Part shown: one piece after another, positions 19,841-30,010 of the stretch
How the letters are laid out: every line of letters begins with the position of its first letter
Position numbering within the stretch: position 1 is the first letter of the stretch
Made by a program: the position numbers and the translations under genes
The notes under the pieces: model-generated
What the model saw: only the letters and a program-made list of their open reading frames with translations
What the model was told of the DNA's origin: nothing
The model's database searches: none
Virus record (IMG/VR): IMGVR_UViG_3300046171_000301
Origin: an uncultured virus (IMG/VR IMGVR_UViG_3300046171_000301)
Lineage: Duplodnaviria; Heunggongvirae; Uroviricota; Caudoviricetes
DNA length: 64,000 bases
Strand: one strand, 5' to 3'

Positions 19841-21250
19841 ATGAATAACTCAAAAATTGCCCGTACTGGGCGTGTTCAAAACTGGATGGATAATCCTGAA
19901 AGCAGGCTCCCGGTCAGCTGTACGGTATTTGTTGTAGAAGACTCAATGGAGGGACCTAATGGAATCGAAGCAAGCTGGAAATTTGTGTCGCACGCTTTAC
20001 GATATGGAGCTGGAGTTGCTGTACATCTTTCAAACATCCGACCTAGAGGAAGTGAGAATGGCCGTGGGCTCGTTGCGAGCGGCCCGTGTTCGTTTGCAAA
20101 ATTCTATAACGTCCAAAATTCCGAACTCCGAAGGGGCGGTTATTACAAAAACGGTGCAGTCGTTCTCCACTTAGACATTGATCATCCAGATATTATTGAA
20201 TTCTGCAACCTTTCTAGACAAGAATACAACTGGGTAAAACGCTGCATTAATCTTGACAAAGAAAAATGGATGCGTTCTTCTCAAGATGTAAAACAAGAAA
20301 TTATTAATGGCATTGCACGTGGTGATCTGTGGCTAGCAAAGATTAGACATGATCAACAAGGACAAAGAATTTATGCCAATGTTTGTCTAGAAGTATTTTT
20401 ACGTAGTCGAGGCACCTGTCTGTTAGAGCATATTAATTTAGGAGCTTGCACTCCTGAAGAAATTTCACAAGCTTTTTGCGAAGGAATGACTGAACTAATT
20501 AACTTGCATTCCAAGACAGGTGTTGAAAATACTGGAGAATATCTGTCGCAAGAAGAAGATAGGCAAGTAGGATTAGGTATGCTGGGGCTTGCAAATTTAC
20601 TGTCACTAGAAGGCGTATTATATGCTGAATTTGCCGATGCAATTGAATATCATTTAGGGTATTCACAGCAGTCATCAGTGACTCCTGCAGCCCTTAATAT
20701 TGTAAGAGCACTACGAAAGGGTATTGAAGATGCAGCTGAGATAGCAAGAAATGCGAACATGGATCGTGCTTTTGCTATTGCTCCAACAGCTTCTTGCTCT
20801 TATAGATATACAGACCGAGCAGGCTATACCACCGCCCCCGAGTTGGCTCCACCAATTGGGCGCGTAACGGATAGGGACAGCTCAACTTTTGGCGTCGAAC
20901 AAGTTAATTACGGAAACGTAGAAACAGCTGAAGAAGTTGGCTGGCGTGATTATACACGTGCAGTTGATGGAATCATGTACATGCTTAATCAGACAGGTTT
21001 AGCCCATGGGTATAGCTTCAACTCTTGGAGCGATGTTTGTACTTATGATGAATTATTCATTAAACAATGGCTAGAGTCCCCTCAAACAAGCCTTTACTAC
21101 AGCTTACAAGTCATGCAGAATACCCAGGCAAAAGACAATGCTATGGCTGCTTTAGATGACACATACGATTTCACTTTTAATGACCTCGATGCTGACGACA
21201 ATGACCTTCCAATTGAACTAGATAACTTCTGTTCAACTTGCGCCGAATAA
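19841..21250 (+). CDS. nrdA: ribonucleotide reductase large subunit (compact class I)
   Basis: PVSC, NVCLE, AIAPTAS, C-terminal CSTC; adjacent beta subunit. Confidence 0.9.
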   Translation: MNNSKIARTGRVQNWMDNPESRLPVSCTVFVVEDSMEGPNGIEASWKFVSHALRYGAGVAVHLSNIRPRGSENGRGLVASGPCSFAKFYNVQNSELRRGGYYKNGAVVLHLDIDHPDIIEFCNLSRQEYNWVKRCINLDKEKWMRSSQDVKQEIINGIARGDLWLAKIRHDQQGQRIYANVCLEVFLRSRGTCLLEHINLGACTPEEISQAFCEGMTELINLHSKTGVENTGEYLSQEEDRQVGLGMLGLANLLSLEGVLYAEFADAIEYHLGYSQQSSVTPAALNIVRALRKGIEDAAEIARNANMDRAFAIAPTASCSYRYTDRAGYTTAPELAPPIGRVTDRDSSTFGVEQVNYGNVETAEEVGWRDYTRAVDGIMYMLNQTGLAHGYSFNSWSDVCTYDELFIKQWLESPQTSLYYSLQVMQNTQAKDNAMAALDDTYDFTFNDLDADDNDLPIELDNFCSTCAE

Positions 21251-21263
21251 TTAATTTATTGAA

Positions 21264-22067
21264 ATGACTTACAAAGTATCTAAGCAAGAGATTGCTGTGC
21301 TTGGCAGCTCTGAAGAACAGGTGCATGCCGAAATTATTAGCCCTCGCTCGGCTTATGAAAAACTGTACGCTCGTAAACGTACATGGACTCCTGTTTCAGT
21401 TTCTGCAGGCAAGCTGCTTGAAGGTGGGGAAGATGTCGTTCTACGCGGATTATCTTTACGTTGCCTAGAGATTCCTGTAGGAGACTTTATTACGGAAGCA
21501 ATGAAAGGGGATCTTCCTGATGAAATCGGCTGTATGAAACTGCTCAAGTCCAATGTAGAAGACGAGGAGAAACATGATATCGCACTGGATTTTGCTGCCC
21601 AAGCTCATGAAACACCCGCCCGCTATGAAGCTGAAGCTCAGAGAATTAAAAAAGCTTGGCTGGAACTGGATCGACACCCTATTCTCAAGGCTGTGGTCCT
21701 TGAAAGATCCGTGTTCTTCGTGCTCCTGCCTATCTTCCGTTACCTCGGAGACACAGGATTGCGTACAACAAGTGCCGATATCAGTCGAGACGAGCAGACC
21801 CATGTTGCGGCCAATACGATTGTTTGCCAATCGCTTGGTCTCGGTTCAGACAAAAGACTCAACAATCTACGTAAAGCGACCGTCGACTGGTTCTTGCAAT
21901 CATTAGAAGCCGAAAGCGAAAACAAGTATTTGTCTCGAAACTTCTGGATGAATCAATCAAACAGTCTCTATGAGCGTGGCAAGGCGGCGGGACTCTCAGA
22001 TACAAGAGCAAGTCGTATGCCTGCGTTTTTCGAGACAAACAATATCAACCTCCCACAATACGCTTAA
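21264..22067 (+). CDS. nrdB: ribonucleotide reductase small subunit (ferritin-like)
   Basis: Di-metal motifs DEEKH and RDEQTH. Confidence 0.85.
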   Translation: MTYKVSKQEIAVLGSSEEQVHAEIISPRSAYEKLYARKRTWTPVSVSAGKLLEGGEDVVLRGLSLRCLEIPVGDFITEAMKGDLPDEIGCMKLLKSNVEDEEKHDIALDFAAQAHETPARYEAEAQRIKKAWLELDRHPILKAVVLERSVFFVLLPIFRYLGDTGLRTTSADISRDEQTHVAANTIVCQSLGLGSDKRLNNLRKATVDWFLQSLEAESENKYLSRNFWMNQSNSLYERGKAAGLSDTRASRMPAFFETNNINLPQYA

Positions 22068-22176
22068 TGGCAAAAACTTTTATTATTGCTTTGTTAGCTA
22101 TTGCTTGTTTTATTGAAGGTTATCATATTTACTGGCATGAACATTGTCCTAAATGTGAGGTTTGTGAGTACTAATT

Positions 22177-22812
22177 ATGCATAATGCAGAACTGATATGG
22201 GTCACTCCGAACGCGGAGTCACTCATAGGTAAGATTGCCCGAGTATCAAATCCAAAAAATGAAGACAACCCAGAAGTCTCAAAACTTTTGAGATATCTTA
22301 TTAAACATAAGCATTGGAGTCCTTTTGAAATGGTTTCCATGTGCTGTGAAATTCACACTACAAGAGCAATATCACCCCAAATTTTGCGGCACCGTTCCTT
22401 TTCTTTTCAAGAGTTTAGTCAACGTTACGCAATACCAACTGATACTTTTGCAACTGTTAAGCCAGATTTACGTCGGCAAGATTTAACTAACAGGCAAAAC
22501 TCAATAGATGACCTTGAATCTGAGCGAACTGAATACTACAACAAACGAATTGATGATCACTTCCGTGAAGCAGTCAATCTTTACGAATCACTCCTGCATT
22601 CGGGAGTTGCAAAAGAATGCGCAAGATCAGTACTACCAATCAATACTGTCACTCGTTTGTATATGTCTGGGACTCTGCGTAGTTGGCTCCATTACTGTGA
22701 CTTACGTTGCGGTAACGGTACTCAAGCTGAGCATAGGTTAATTGCTAAATCAATCAAGGACATATTACAAAATGAATTTCCAATTGTATCTCGCGCAATG
22801 TGGGGAGACTGA
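22177..22812 (+). CDS. thyX: FAD-dependent thymidylate synthase
   Basis: HWSPFE, RHRSFSFQEFSQRY, ECARSVLP. Confidence 0.97.
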   Translation: MHNAELIWVTPNAESLIGKIARVSNPKNEDNPEVSKLLRYLIKHKHWSPFEMVSMCCEIHTTRAISPQILRHRSFSFQEFSQRYAIPTDTFATVKPDLRRQDLTNRQNSIDDLESERTEYYNKRIDDHFREAVNLYESLLHSGVAKECARSVLPINTVTRLYMSGTLRSWLHYCDLRCGNGTQAEHRLIAKSIKDILQNEFPIVSRAMWGD

Positions 22813-22845
22813 TTAAACTTAAGACTGAAAATATATTCAGTCAAT

Positions 22846-23505
22846 ATGAATTTCATTGCCGCCACAGTCGACCTTACAGCACAATTACCAGGCACTGTTG
22901 AAGCATACGGACTTAACTACCGCAGTGCTTCTGCTGTAGTGCCAGCAGGAAATAACAATAGTCAAGTTCGTTTAAGGCTTCTTTGTTATCAGAGGGAGGG
23001 AGCAAAATTACAAACGTTTACTGATTGGCTACCAGGAACCAGAGCACTAGTAACTGGCAATATTGTTTTTTCTGACGATCCAACCCAAGAGCTAGACGTA
23101 ATTATTTCAACAATTGAGCCTAATATTCCAGCCGAAATGTATTGCAATCAGGTAATCCTAGGTAATGCTTTCTTTGGATCAAATGAAATTAAGGAAAGAA
23201 AAAATGGACAGATTGCAACCAAAATTGGATCGACACTTGACAATTCAGATACAACAACTTGGTTATTCCTTGAAGCACATGAAAGCCGTAAGGCCAAACT
23301 ACAAGATCGAATCCGCAAAGGACGTCCCATCTGCATTCAAGGCTACTTGCGCGAATATCGTAAGGATGATTCTGATTCTGCCTATAGAGCCATTGTTGCA
23401 AGTGATTTTACTACTCGTAAAGATCTCCCACGTAATGGACGGAATACAGCGCCGAACAGTACAGCGGCAGGTTACGGAGAAATTGATCCGACGCCGGATT
23501 ACTGA
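22846..23505 (+). CDS. putative SSB with tandem OB folds
   Basis: PGTRALVTG and KGRPICIQGYL SSB-like motifs; acidic tail. Confidence 0.6.
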   Translation: MNFIAATVDLTAQLPGTVEAYGLNYRSASAVVPAGNNNSQVRLRLLCYQREGAKLQTFTDWLPGTRALVTGNIVFSDDPTQELDVIISTIEPNIPAEMYCNQVILGNAFFGSNEIKERKNGQIATKIGSTLDNSDTTTWLFLEAHESRKAKLQDRIRKGRPICIQGYLREYRKDDSDSAYRAIVASDFTTRKDLPRNGRNTAPNSTAAGYGEIDPTPDY

Positions 23506-23549
23506 TCGACGTATTTATAAACAACTTAAGAGACCAGGCTGGGACGCGC

Positions 23550-23804
23550 CTATCTACGATACTTGGAAGTCTTAGAAGCTACGTCATCTGGCTGTCTACT
23601 ATGCTGCTTCCCTTTACGGATTGCAGCTCTTTTTTTAGCTGTTGAACGTGCATACTCTTTATCAGTCAAAGCTTCTCTAGCCTTTTTCGGAAGGTATCTT
23701 TCACCAGTTGCCTTTTTGCCTTGAGTAGAATTCTTACCTGACTTAGTGCCCCACTCTTCTTTAGTCCAACTGTCAAGAGACTTTTGTGATTCTGCTTTGG
23801 GCAT
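23550..23804 (-). CDS. small basic hypothetical protein
   Basis: WTKEEW..KSGK..ERYLPKKA, a recurrent phage family (DUF5872-like). Confidence 0.7.
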   Translation of the reverse strand: MPKAESQKSLDSWTKEEWGTKSGKNSTQGKKATGERYLPKKAREALTDKEYARSTAKKRAAIRKGKQHSRQPDDVASKTSKYRR

Positions 23805-24022
23805 CAGTTTGTGTATCCTCCGCCTTTTGCTTTGTACTCTTTAGCCATCATCTGGGCTTTACGCGCAGACCATTGACCAGGGCTGCCCCCTTTGCTTCCT
23901 GCTTTAATACGATTGAAAATGCTTTTGCGCAATCCAGGCTTAGTGTAATTGCCAGCCTCATTCACTCGTGATTTGGCCTTAGCTTTAGCTTTTTTACGAT
24001 CAGACATAATTAACAGTTCCAA
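23804..24022 (-). CDS. small basic hypothetical protein
   Basis: NYTKP.LR...GG.PGQWSARKAQ (DUF5872-like). Confidence 0.7.
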   Translation of the reverse strand: MELLIMSDRKKAKAKAKSRVNEAGNYTKPGLRKSIFNRIKAGSKGGSPGQWSARKAQMMAKEYKAKGGGYTN

Positions 24023-24312
24023 CGTTTACGTGCTGCCTTTCCGCGCTCCCCTGTCCATCCTCTAGACCTAGCACAGAAGCTCTTCCGTCTAGCTGCGTCT
24101 TTTTTAGTTTTGGGATTAGGAGCAGGTGCTTTCAAATTAGAGCCTGTTCTTCTATTAATTGATGCTCTACCTTTAGCTGACAATCCAGCCCCCTCTTTAA
24201 CTGATAATTTGTGACCACCTTTAACGGTCATACCGTCCATAGCGCCTTTCTTCTTACTTTTAGTGTATTTTTGAGCACGCTCTTTGGCTTTGCCACATTT
24301 AGTACACGCCAT
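24010..24312 (-). CDS. small basic hypothetical protein
   Basis: GL.AKGRA...NLKAP...RRKSFCAR (DUF6321-like). Confidence 0.7.
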   Translation of the reverse strand: MACTKCGKAKERAQKYTKSKKKGAMDGMTVKGGHKLSVKEGAGLSAKGRASINRRTGSNLKAPAPNPKTKKDAARRKSFCARSRGWTGERGKAARKRWNC

Positions 24313-24373
24313 TGAAATTATCCCACATCATTCAATTGTAGTACTTATAGTAAAAGTGTCTAACGTATATAAA

Positions 24374-25111
24374 ATGACACTTCAAATTTTACCCCCAGAA
24401 CTAACACAAGTATCAGATAAAATAGAAACTAAAGAACCCCAACCTTATTGGAAGCCTAGCTCATTAAGCGATGGTGAATCAGAAGAGTTTCGACTTCTTG
24501 GTTGTTATGAAACTGGGCATGCAATTGTTGGTTGGCAGTATGCATCAGAAACAACTGATCAAAAAACCAAAGAGCTGCGATTCAACGGATACGTAGTTAC
24601 TCGTAGTTATCCCAACAGTCCTCCCGATCTTGCACGAGAAACAGATTGGTCAAAACCTGATCGTCCAAAAATTGATGGATCTTATGTCAAGCCTCGTAAA
24701 TTTTTAGCTTGGGTTGCAACTAGTGCAGCTCGTGGAAGACTAGAAGTTTTGTTTATTGAGCAAAAATCATTGCGTGAACAGCTTACTGAAATACTTCAAG
24801 AAATTGAAGATTATACATGGACTGAAGATGGCCTTGCAAACTTCTCAATTAAAATCAGCCGTAAAGGTACTGGCTTGGAAACTGCATATAGCATTCTCCC
24901 AAAAGTACGTCCAGTACCGGAGAAAATTAAAAAACAGTGGACTAAAGAAAAGGAATCAATTTGGCTTCCTAACTTCTTTGAAGGTAAAGATCCTTTTGAC
25001 GGCAAACAAACTGACTCTAAAGGTTTACCGGCTGGCGGCACAGACAAAAGAGGGTCAACAGTACTACCAACACAGAAAGTAAAAACTACAACTACTAACG
25101 AAGAATTCTAA
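24374..25111 (+). CDS. hypothetical replication/recombination protein, possibly ssDNA-binding
   Basis: IKISRKGTGLETAY motif; upstream of exonuclease. Confidence 0.6.
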   Translation: MTLQILPPELTQVSDKIETKEPQPYWKPSSLSDGESEEFRLLGCYETGHAIVGWQYASETTDQKTKELRFNGYVVTRSYPNSPPDLARETDWSKPDRPKIDGSYVKPRKFLAWVATSAARGRLEVLFIEQKSLREQLTEILQEIEDYTWTEDGLANFSIKISRKGTGLETAYSILPKVRPVPEKIKKQWTKEKESIWLPNFFEGKDPFDGKQTDSKGLPAGGTDKRGSTVLPTQKVKTTTTNEEF

Positions 25112-25116
25112 TAATC

Positions 25117-25524
25117 ATGACTAACGCACTACAAAATCTGCCTCCTGAGCTTCAAGCTCGTCTAGCTGCAGTAATGGCCCAGCAACAAGGTCAAACTACA
25201 GAAACGCCTCAACAACAAGTACAGCTGCAGCAAGGGGGGCCTCAAATCCCAGTACAGCCTACGCAGCAACCTGCTCAAGCAGAACCAAAGCAGCCTTCAT
25301 TGATTGACATTCTCACAATGCTGCGTCAAGAGATTGGAGCGTTGCGTCAGGAAGTCGCAGCTGTAAGTCAGCAAATTGCGGCAGAATCTCAAGTCACCGA
25401 AGCTGTTGGCCATGCAGTGGGACGTATGTATCAGATGTTTCAACCGTCCGAACAATCAGCTGCAGCTCCAACGTATAGCCAGACGTTTCAAAACCAACAA
25501 GTAGAGGAGGAAGGTGACTACTGA
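25117..25524 (+). CDS. Gln-rich hypothetical protein
   Basis: ORF track. Confidence 0.75.
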   Translation: MTNALQNLPPELQARLAAVMAQQQGQTTETPQQQVQLQQGGPQIPVQPTQQPAQAEPKQPSLIDILTMLRQEIGALRQEVAAVSQQIAAESQVTEAVGHAVGRMYQMFQPSEQSAAAPTYSQTFQNQQVEEEGDY

Positions 25525-26287
25525 TCTGCCGTTTAGGATTCAAACGCCTAGCGGTTACCGTAAGTACCTCTGCTCAGGCATGTACTTGCCTTCAGTTACA
25601 ACAGTTCTATCCGCTACAGAGACGGAAAAATCTAAAGCTAGTTTACGCACTTGGCAGCTAAACAATCCTGGTGCACTAGAAGAGGCCAGTACCCGTGGAT
25701 CAGCAATCCATAAATGTTGTGAAGATCACATCAGAGGTTTGCCCATTGACTGCCCGCCAGAATATCAAGACTTCTGGAATGGAATGTCTCAGTACCTTGA
25801 TTGGTTTGATATAATTCATTGGTCAGAGCGGCCTCTCCGTAAGGATTGGTACCATTTACGTTCTGATGACAAGGAAGTTGCATTTGTTTGGAGTACTGAA
25901 CATAAATATGCTGGCTGTCCTGACTTGATTGGTGAAATAGGTGGAGTCAAGGTAATAGCGGACTTTAAGACCAGCAATGGCCCTTATATGAACCGCTTTC
26001 CTGACAAAGGTGATCGAATGGGTTTTGGAGGGTTTCGTAAGTATCAGAAGTGTGCACAACAAATGGCAGCCTATCGGTATGCATTAAATGAGCGCACAGG
26101 ATTCTTATGTGATGTGGCATTGATTATTGTCACAACTTCAGAAACCAATCAAGCTATCTTTATTGATGGTGATCAGCTTAGCCTGTACGAATCAAGGTTT
26201 ATTAAAAGAGCACAACAGTTCCACGAAATAGAAAGCGATAATGAAACTGAAAATTGCAGTCAACAAGAATTGCAAAAACAAGAGTAA
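25514..26287 (+). CDS. PD-(D/E)XK exonuclease
   Basis: PSVTTVL, RGSAIH, AGCPD, DFKTS, Q..AY motifs. Confidence 0.9.
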   Translation: MTTDLPFRIQTPSGYRKYLCSGMYLPSVTTVLSATETEKSKASLRTWQLNNPGALEEASTRGSAIHKCCEDHIRGLPIDCPPEYQDFWNGMSQYLDWFDIIHWSERPLRKDWYHLRSDDKEVAFVWSTEHKYAGCPDLIGEIGGVKVIADFKTSNGPYMNRFPDKGDRMGFGGFRKYQKCAQQMAAYRYALNERTGFLCDVALIIVTTSETNQAIFIDGDQLSLYESRFIKRAQQFHEIESDNETENCSQQELQKQE

Positions 26288-28478
26288 TCCTCAAGTAGCT
26301 TCCGGCTTTTTAAATATCTTTGAGGATGTCGAATGGTTACAAGGGTGGGTACAGGCTGGTTATGCCTGGTGCGCCACCCATTTTGCTGATCGTCACCGAA
26401 ATTCAGAAAACTCTCGTGGAAGCAACTTAGTTGTTATAGATATTGATGGAGATTTCACTCTTCAGCAATTCTGGGCAACCGATACAGCTAAAAACTGGTG
26501 TAAGGCAACTTACACATCCGCTAGCCATACAGAGTCCGAGCACCGCTTTAGAGCCCTTTTCCCCTTAGCTACCTCACTGGATACCAAAGCTCAGCACAAA
26601 GGCGCTTATTGGCTTGTTGTTGATAGGCTGGTGGCTGAAGTGGGTGTTGACACACTTAAAGATAATTGTGGCCAAAAGCCTGAACGTCTATGGTACGGCA
26701 ATACTAACGCAGAGTTTATTTATAACGCTACATCTGATGTTTGCGTTCCTGAATTTTTACTCGAAGATATAAGTTATGAAGAGCCAGAAAACTATATTCA
26801 TTCTGAAATTACTCAGCTTGATCTAAATCGATGCTCATGGCTATTACGTAACTTCCTTGAGCCAACTAATGACGGTGAGTATGAAGATCGATATGTTCCA
26901 GTCATGGCAGCATGTGCAGGAATTGGTGATGTAATCTTTGATGACTGGGTATCTTGGGTTTTAAAAGGCCATCATGGTCAAAAAGATGAAAACATTCGTC
27001 GATTTAAATGGAATGGTCTCGGCAACTATGCAGGACATACTACACTGTATTCGCTTGCTAAAAAGCAAGATAGTAGTTGGACAAATCAACTACCAGATGA
27101 ACTACGGTTCAATAATCAGCTGACGGCTGTGGGATATGGTGACAATGATCCTATCCCTAATTTTGACTCTTTAATCGATAATTTACAAATGACATCTCAA
27201 AATATTCCAGAAGAATCACCAGAGCCTTTACCAGACACTCAGGTTACTGCAAAACGTAAAGGTCGTCCTAAGAAGCGTGCTGATGACGCAGCTAAAGAAA
27301 GAGAACAGGACGTAGAAAAAGTCAAGGAATTACTTCCTAATTTGCGTAAAAACTTACTAACTCATGCAATTGAATACACAGACAGCAGAGGTAACGAAAT
27401 TGAACTACAAGGAAATGACCTTGATCTAATGACTGTCAAACTTTCCTGTGAACATGGTGTATTCATTCCGGAAATGAGAGTTAAAGCCGCTGTTCAGTAT
27501 GCAGCTGGAATTAATCGCTATTGTCCAATTCAGAGGTATCTCAATCAATGTGCTGAACATGCAATCCCCCATGCTGAGTGGGACAATATTGGCGAAATAT
27601 TCTTAGGCAATAGCAACAGGCTTGCGACACTTGCAATGCAACGAATGATGATTGGTGCTGTTGCTAGAGCAATGAACCCTGGGTGCTCGATGTCTTGGCT
27701 TCCAATATTAGTTGGTGCACAGGGTATCGGCAAATCTATGTTTAGTCGCAATCTTGTTCCAGAAAAATTGTTTTCTGAAGTAAGTACGCCTTTAGAAACT
27801 CTTATGAAAGAACAATATAGGTTGCATGTTGGTTGGTTATTAGAACTACCTGAGATTGATCATTTCTTTAATCACACGAGAAACATTGAAAATTTTAAAA
27901 ATTTAATTACTACTCGTGTTGACGAAGTACGTAGACCCTATGCAACGTTACCTGAAAGCCTGCCGCGCCGATTTGTAATGATTGGTACTACAAATAGAAA
28001 TCAATTCTTAGTTGACAGTACAGGTAACAGGAGGTTTGTACCACTTGAAATAGGCAGTGGATTTATTATTCCTTTTGAACGTCTAAAGCTAGAAAGAGAT
28101 TTACTTTGGGCATCTGCTGTACAAGCATATAGGGCTGGTACTCCATATGAATTTAGCAGCGGAGAAATCGCTCAGATATCAGAATATATCCAAGAATTTG
28201 GAGACCCTGATCCCTGGACTGACAAAATTCTATCTTTCATTGCTGATCGTGAGGAAGTCACAGCATCCCAAGTATTGGTGTACGCACTTGATTTAGATCC
28301 ACGTCAACAGGGGCGTAAAGAATCAAGACGAGTTGCAGATGTATTGCAAACAGTTGGATGGAGACGAGAAGTCACTCGACGAAAGATACAAGGAAACGAA
28401 ACTGGCAAATCAATTCGCATATGGAAGCGCCCAGCAGATGATCCTATTCAAGAAAATCACATTTTAAAAGACTTCTAA
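26241..28478 (+). CDS. primase fused to VirE/VapE-family helicase
   Basis: DID and SH..RFR primase motifs; Walker A GAQGIGKS; RRFVMIGTTN; DSTGNRRF. Confidence 0.88.
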   Translation: MKLKIAVNKNCKNKSNPQVASGFLNIFEDVEWLQGWVQAGYAWCATHFADRHRNSENSRGSNLVVIDIDGDFTLQQFWATDTAKNWCKATYTSASHTESEHRFRALFPLATSLDTKAQHKGAYWLVVDRLVAEVGVDTLKDNCGQKPERLWYGNTNAEFIYNATSDVCVPEFLLEDISYEEPENYIHSEITQLDLNRCSWLLRNFLEPTNDGEYEDRYVPVMAACAGIGDVIFDDWVSWVLKGHHGQKDENIRRFKWNGLGNYAGHTTLYSLAKKQDSSWTNQLPDELRFNNQLTAVGYGDNDPIPNFDSLIDNLQMTSQNIPEESPEPLPDTQVTAKRKGRPKKRADDAAKEREQDVEKVKELLPNLRKNLLTHAIEYTDSRGNEIELQGNDLDLMTVKLSCEHGVFIPEMRVKAAVQYAAGINRYCPIQRYLNQCAEHAIPHAEWDNIGEIFLGNSNRLATLAMQRMMIGAVARAMNPGCSMSWLPILVGAQGIGKSMFSRNLVPEKLFSEVSTPLETLMKEQYRLHVGWLLELPEIDHFFNHTRNIENFKNLITTRVDEVRRPYATLPESLPRRFVMIGTTNRNQFLVDSTGNRRFVPLEIGSGFIIPFERLKLERDLLWASAVQAYRAGTPYEFSSGEIAQISEYIQEFGDPDPWTDKILSFIADREEVTASQVLVYALDLDPRQQGRKESRRVADVLQTVGWRREVTRRKIQGNETGKSIRIWKRPADDPIQENHILKDF

Positions 28479-28742
28479 TTAAACTAAATCTATAAAGACA
28501 AATATCATGCTTGTACAAAATATTGAGATTGGATTGCGCGTCAAAGTCACTAACAATGGTCTGACTGCACTAGTTGTAGGCAAGCCTGAGTATTACACTC
28601 CAAAGGCAAAGCTTGTGCGCATTAAATACGAAAACAGTACGCGATATGAATATATCGTCAACAATCAAATTGAATCATTGCCTATTATTGAACAATACCC
28701 AGCTTTGGGTGGTAACTATTGTCGACCTGTAAATGGTTTCTA

Positions 28743-29558
28743 ATGTCAGAAGCAAGTCCTAGTAAAAAAAGTCATCCTTATGGAAGACGTAATCGACGTA
28801 TATCAAATACAGCAGAACAAGGAGAACTATGTCTTTACTCCGGCCACGGCATGGGCAGGTTCTCTTCTCATTCAATGAGATATGAAAGCCATCAAGCTTG
28901 TACAAGATGCGTTGCAGGAGCAAGAGAAGGACGACTGTCTTTTAATATTGATGGGCTATTGAAAAAGCATCGTCAAAGAGCATTAAAATTTTGGAGTCAA
29001 GTAGATATTGCAGCTCCTGACGAATGCTGGAATTGGCATGGCTGCATAAATTCACGTACACATCAACCTCAATTTTCTTGGCGAAGGCCAGGAATAAGCA
29101 CATCAACACAGCACCATCCACAGCGAGTAGCAATGTGGTTTAGCTGGGGTGATTTAGGTTATACAGGTGTTAAAACAACATGTGGAAATAAGTATTGCTG
29201 TAATCCATTTCATCTCATACCTCAAAACATTGGAGTGTTTGTAGATGATGATAGTTACATCGATAGTTTTGAGCTTGCCTGTCAAATTCATACTTTAAAA
29301 CAGCAAGTGCAAGAATACTTAGTTGAGCAAGCATTTGCAGAAGAGGCGAAACAAGATCAATCTTTAATTATTGATGAGAGAGCAGAACTTTTTCTAGACA
29401 ATGATGCAAGCTTCAACAAACGGGTACAAGCAGTAATGCATGATATTTTAGAAGGTCGTCATGTTTCACAAGCAGATCCTGAATTTCCTGGACTATATCG
29501 GCAATTAGATGTAGATAATGAAAATGACGATGATGATAATCCCACACATGAATATTAA
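28743..29558 (+). CDS. Cys-rich HNH-like (His-Me finger) protein
   Basis: FWSQV..DECWNW and TCGNKYCCNPFHL. Confidence 0.65.
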   Translation: MSEASPSKKSHPYGRRNRRISNTAEQGELCLYSGHGMGRFSSHSMRYESHQACTRCVAGAREGRLSFNIDGLLKKHRQRALKFWSQVDIAAPDECWNWHGCINSRTHQPQFSWRRPGISTSTQHHPQRVAMWFSWGDLGYTGVKTTCGNKYCCNPFHLIPQNIGVFVDDDSYIDSFELACQIHTLKQQVQEYLVEQAFAEEAKQDQSLIIDERAELFLDNDASFNKRVQAVMHDILEGRHVSQADPEFPGLYRQLDVDNENDDDDNPTHEY

Positions 29559-29590
29559 ATTGATTATCCTTATTAAAGAGTCATAACATT

Positions 29591-30010
29591 ATGTCAAGGC
29601 GAACAGATTTACTAAAAAAATTAGTTCAATCAAATAAATTTGGACAAGAAAAAGAGCAAGAGCAAAGTTTTCTTATTGCTACTGCTGAATTGATTTTATC
29701 CGATTTGATTGAAATAGCTCTAAAGGGTATTGAATCTCGTGGGCCAGGATCACTTGTCATTAATCTAATCAATGATTCTTCAGTCTATATGGCTGGAGCA
29801 GATATTGAAGGAGATTTACTTGTTGCCGAAGCACATAAGGATGAGGATGTTATTGATTTTTTACGACCATTAATCAACAAGGTTGATACAAATGATTGGA
29901 GTAAAAACGTATTAATTACATTAATTAGCGATGCAGGAACAAGAACATTTGCAGTTGAAGCAGGAGGGAGCCAAGAAAGCCTCCGAGCGTTCGCATCAGA
30001 ATTTACATGA
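29591..30010 (+). CDS. hypothetical protein
   Basis: ORF track. Confidence 0.7.
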   Translation: MSRRTDLLKKLVQSNKFGQEKEQEQSFLIATAELILSDLIEIALKGIESRGPGSLVINLINDSSVYMAGADIEGDLLVAEAHKDEDVIDFLRPLINKVDTNDWSKNVLITLISDAGTRTFAVEAGGSQESLRAFASEFT

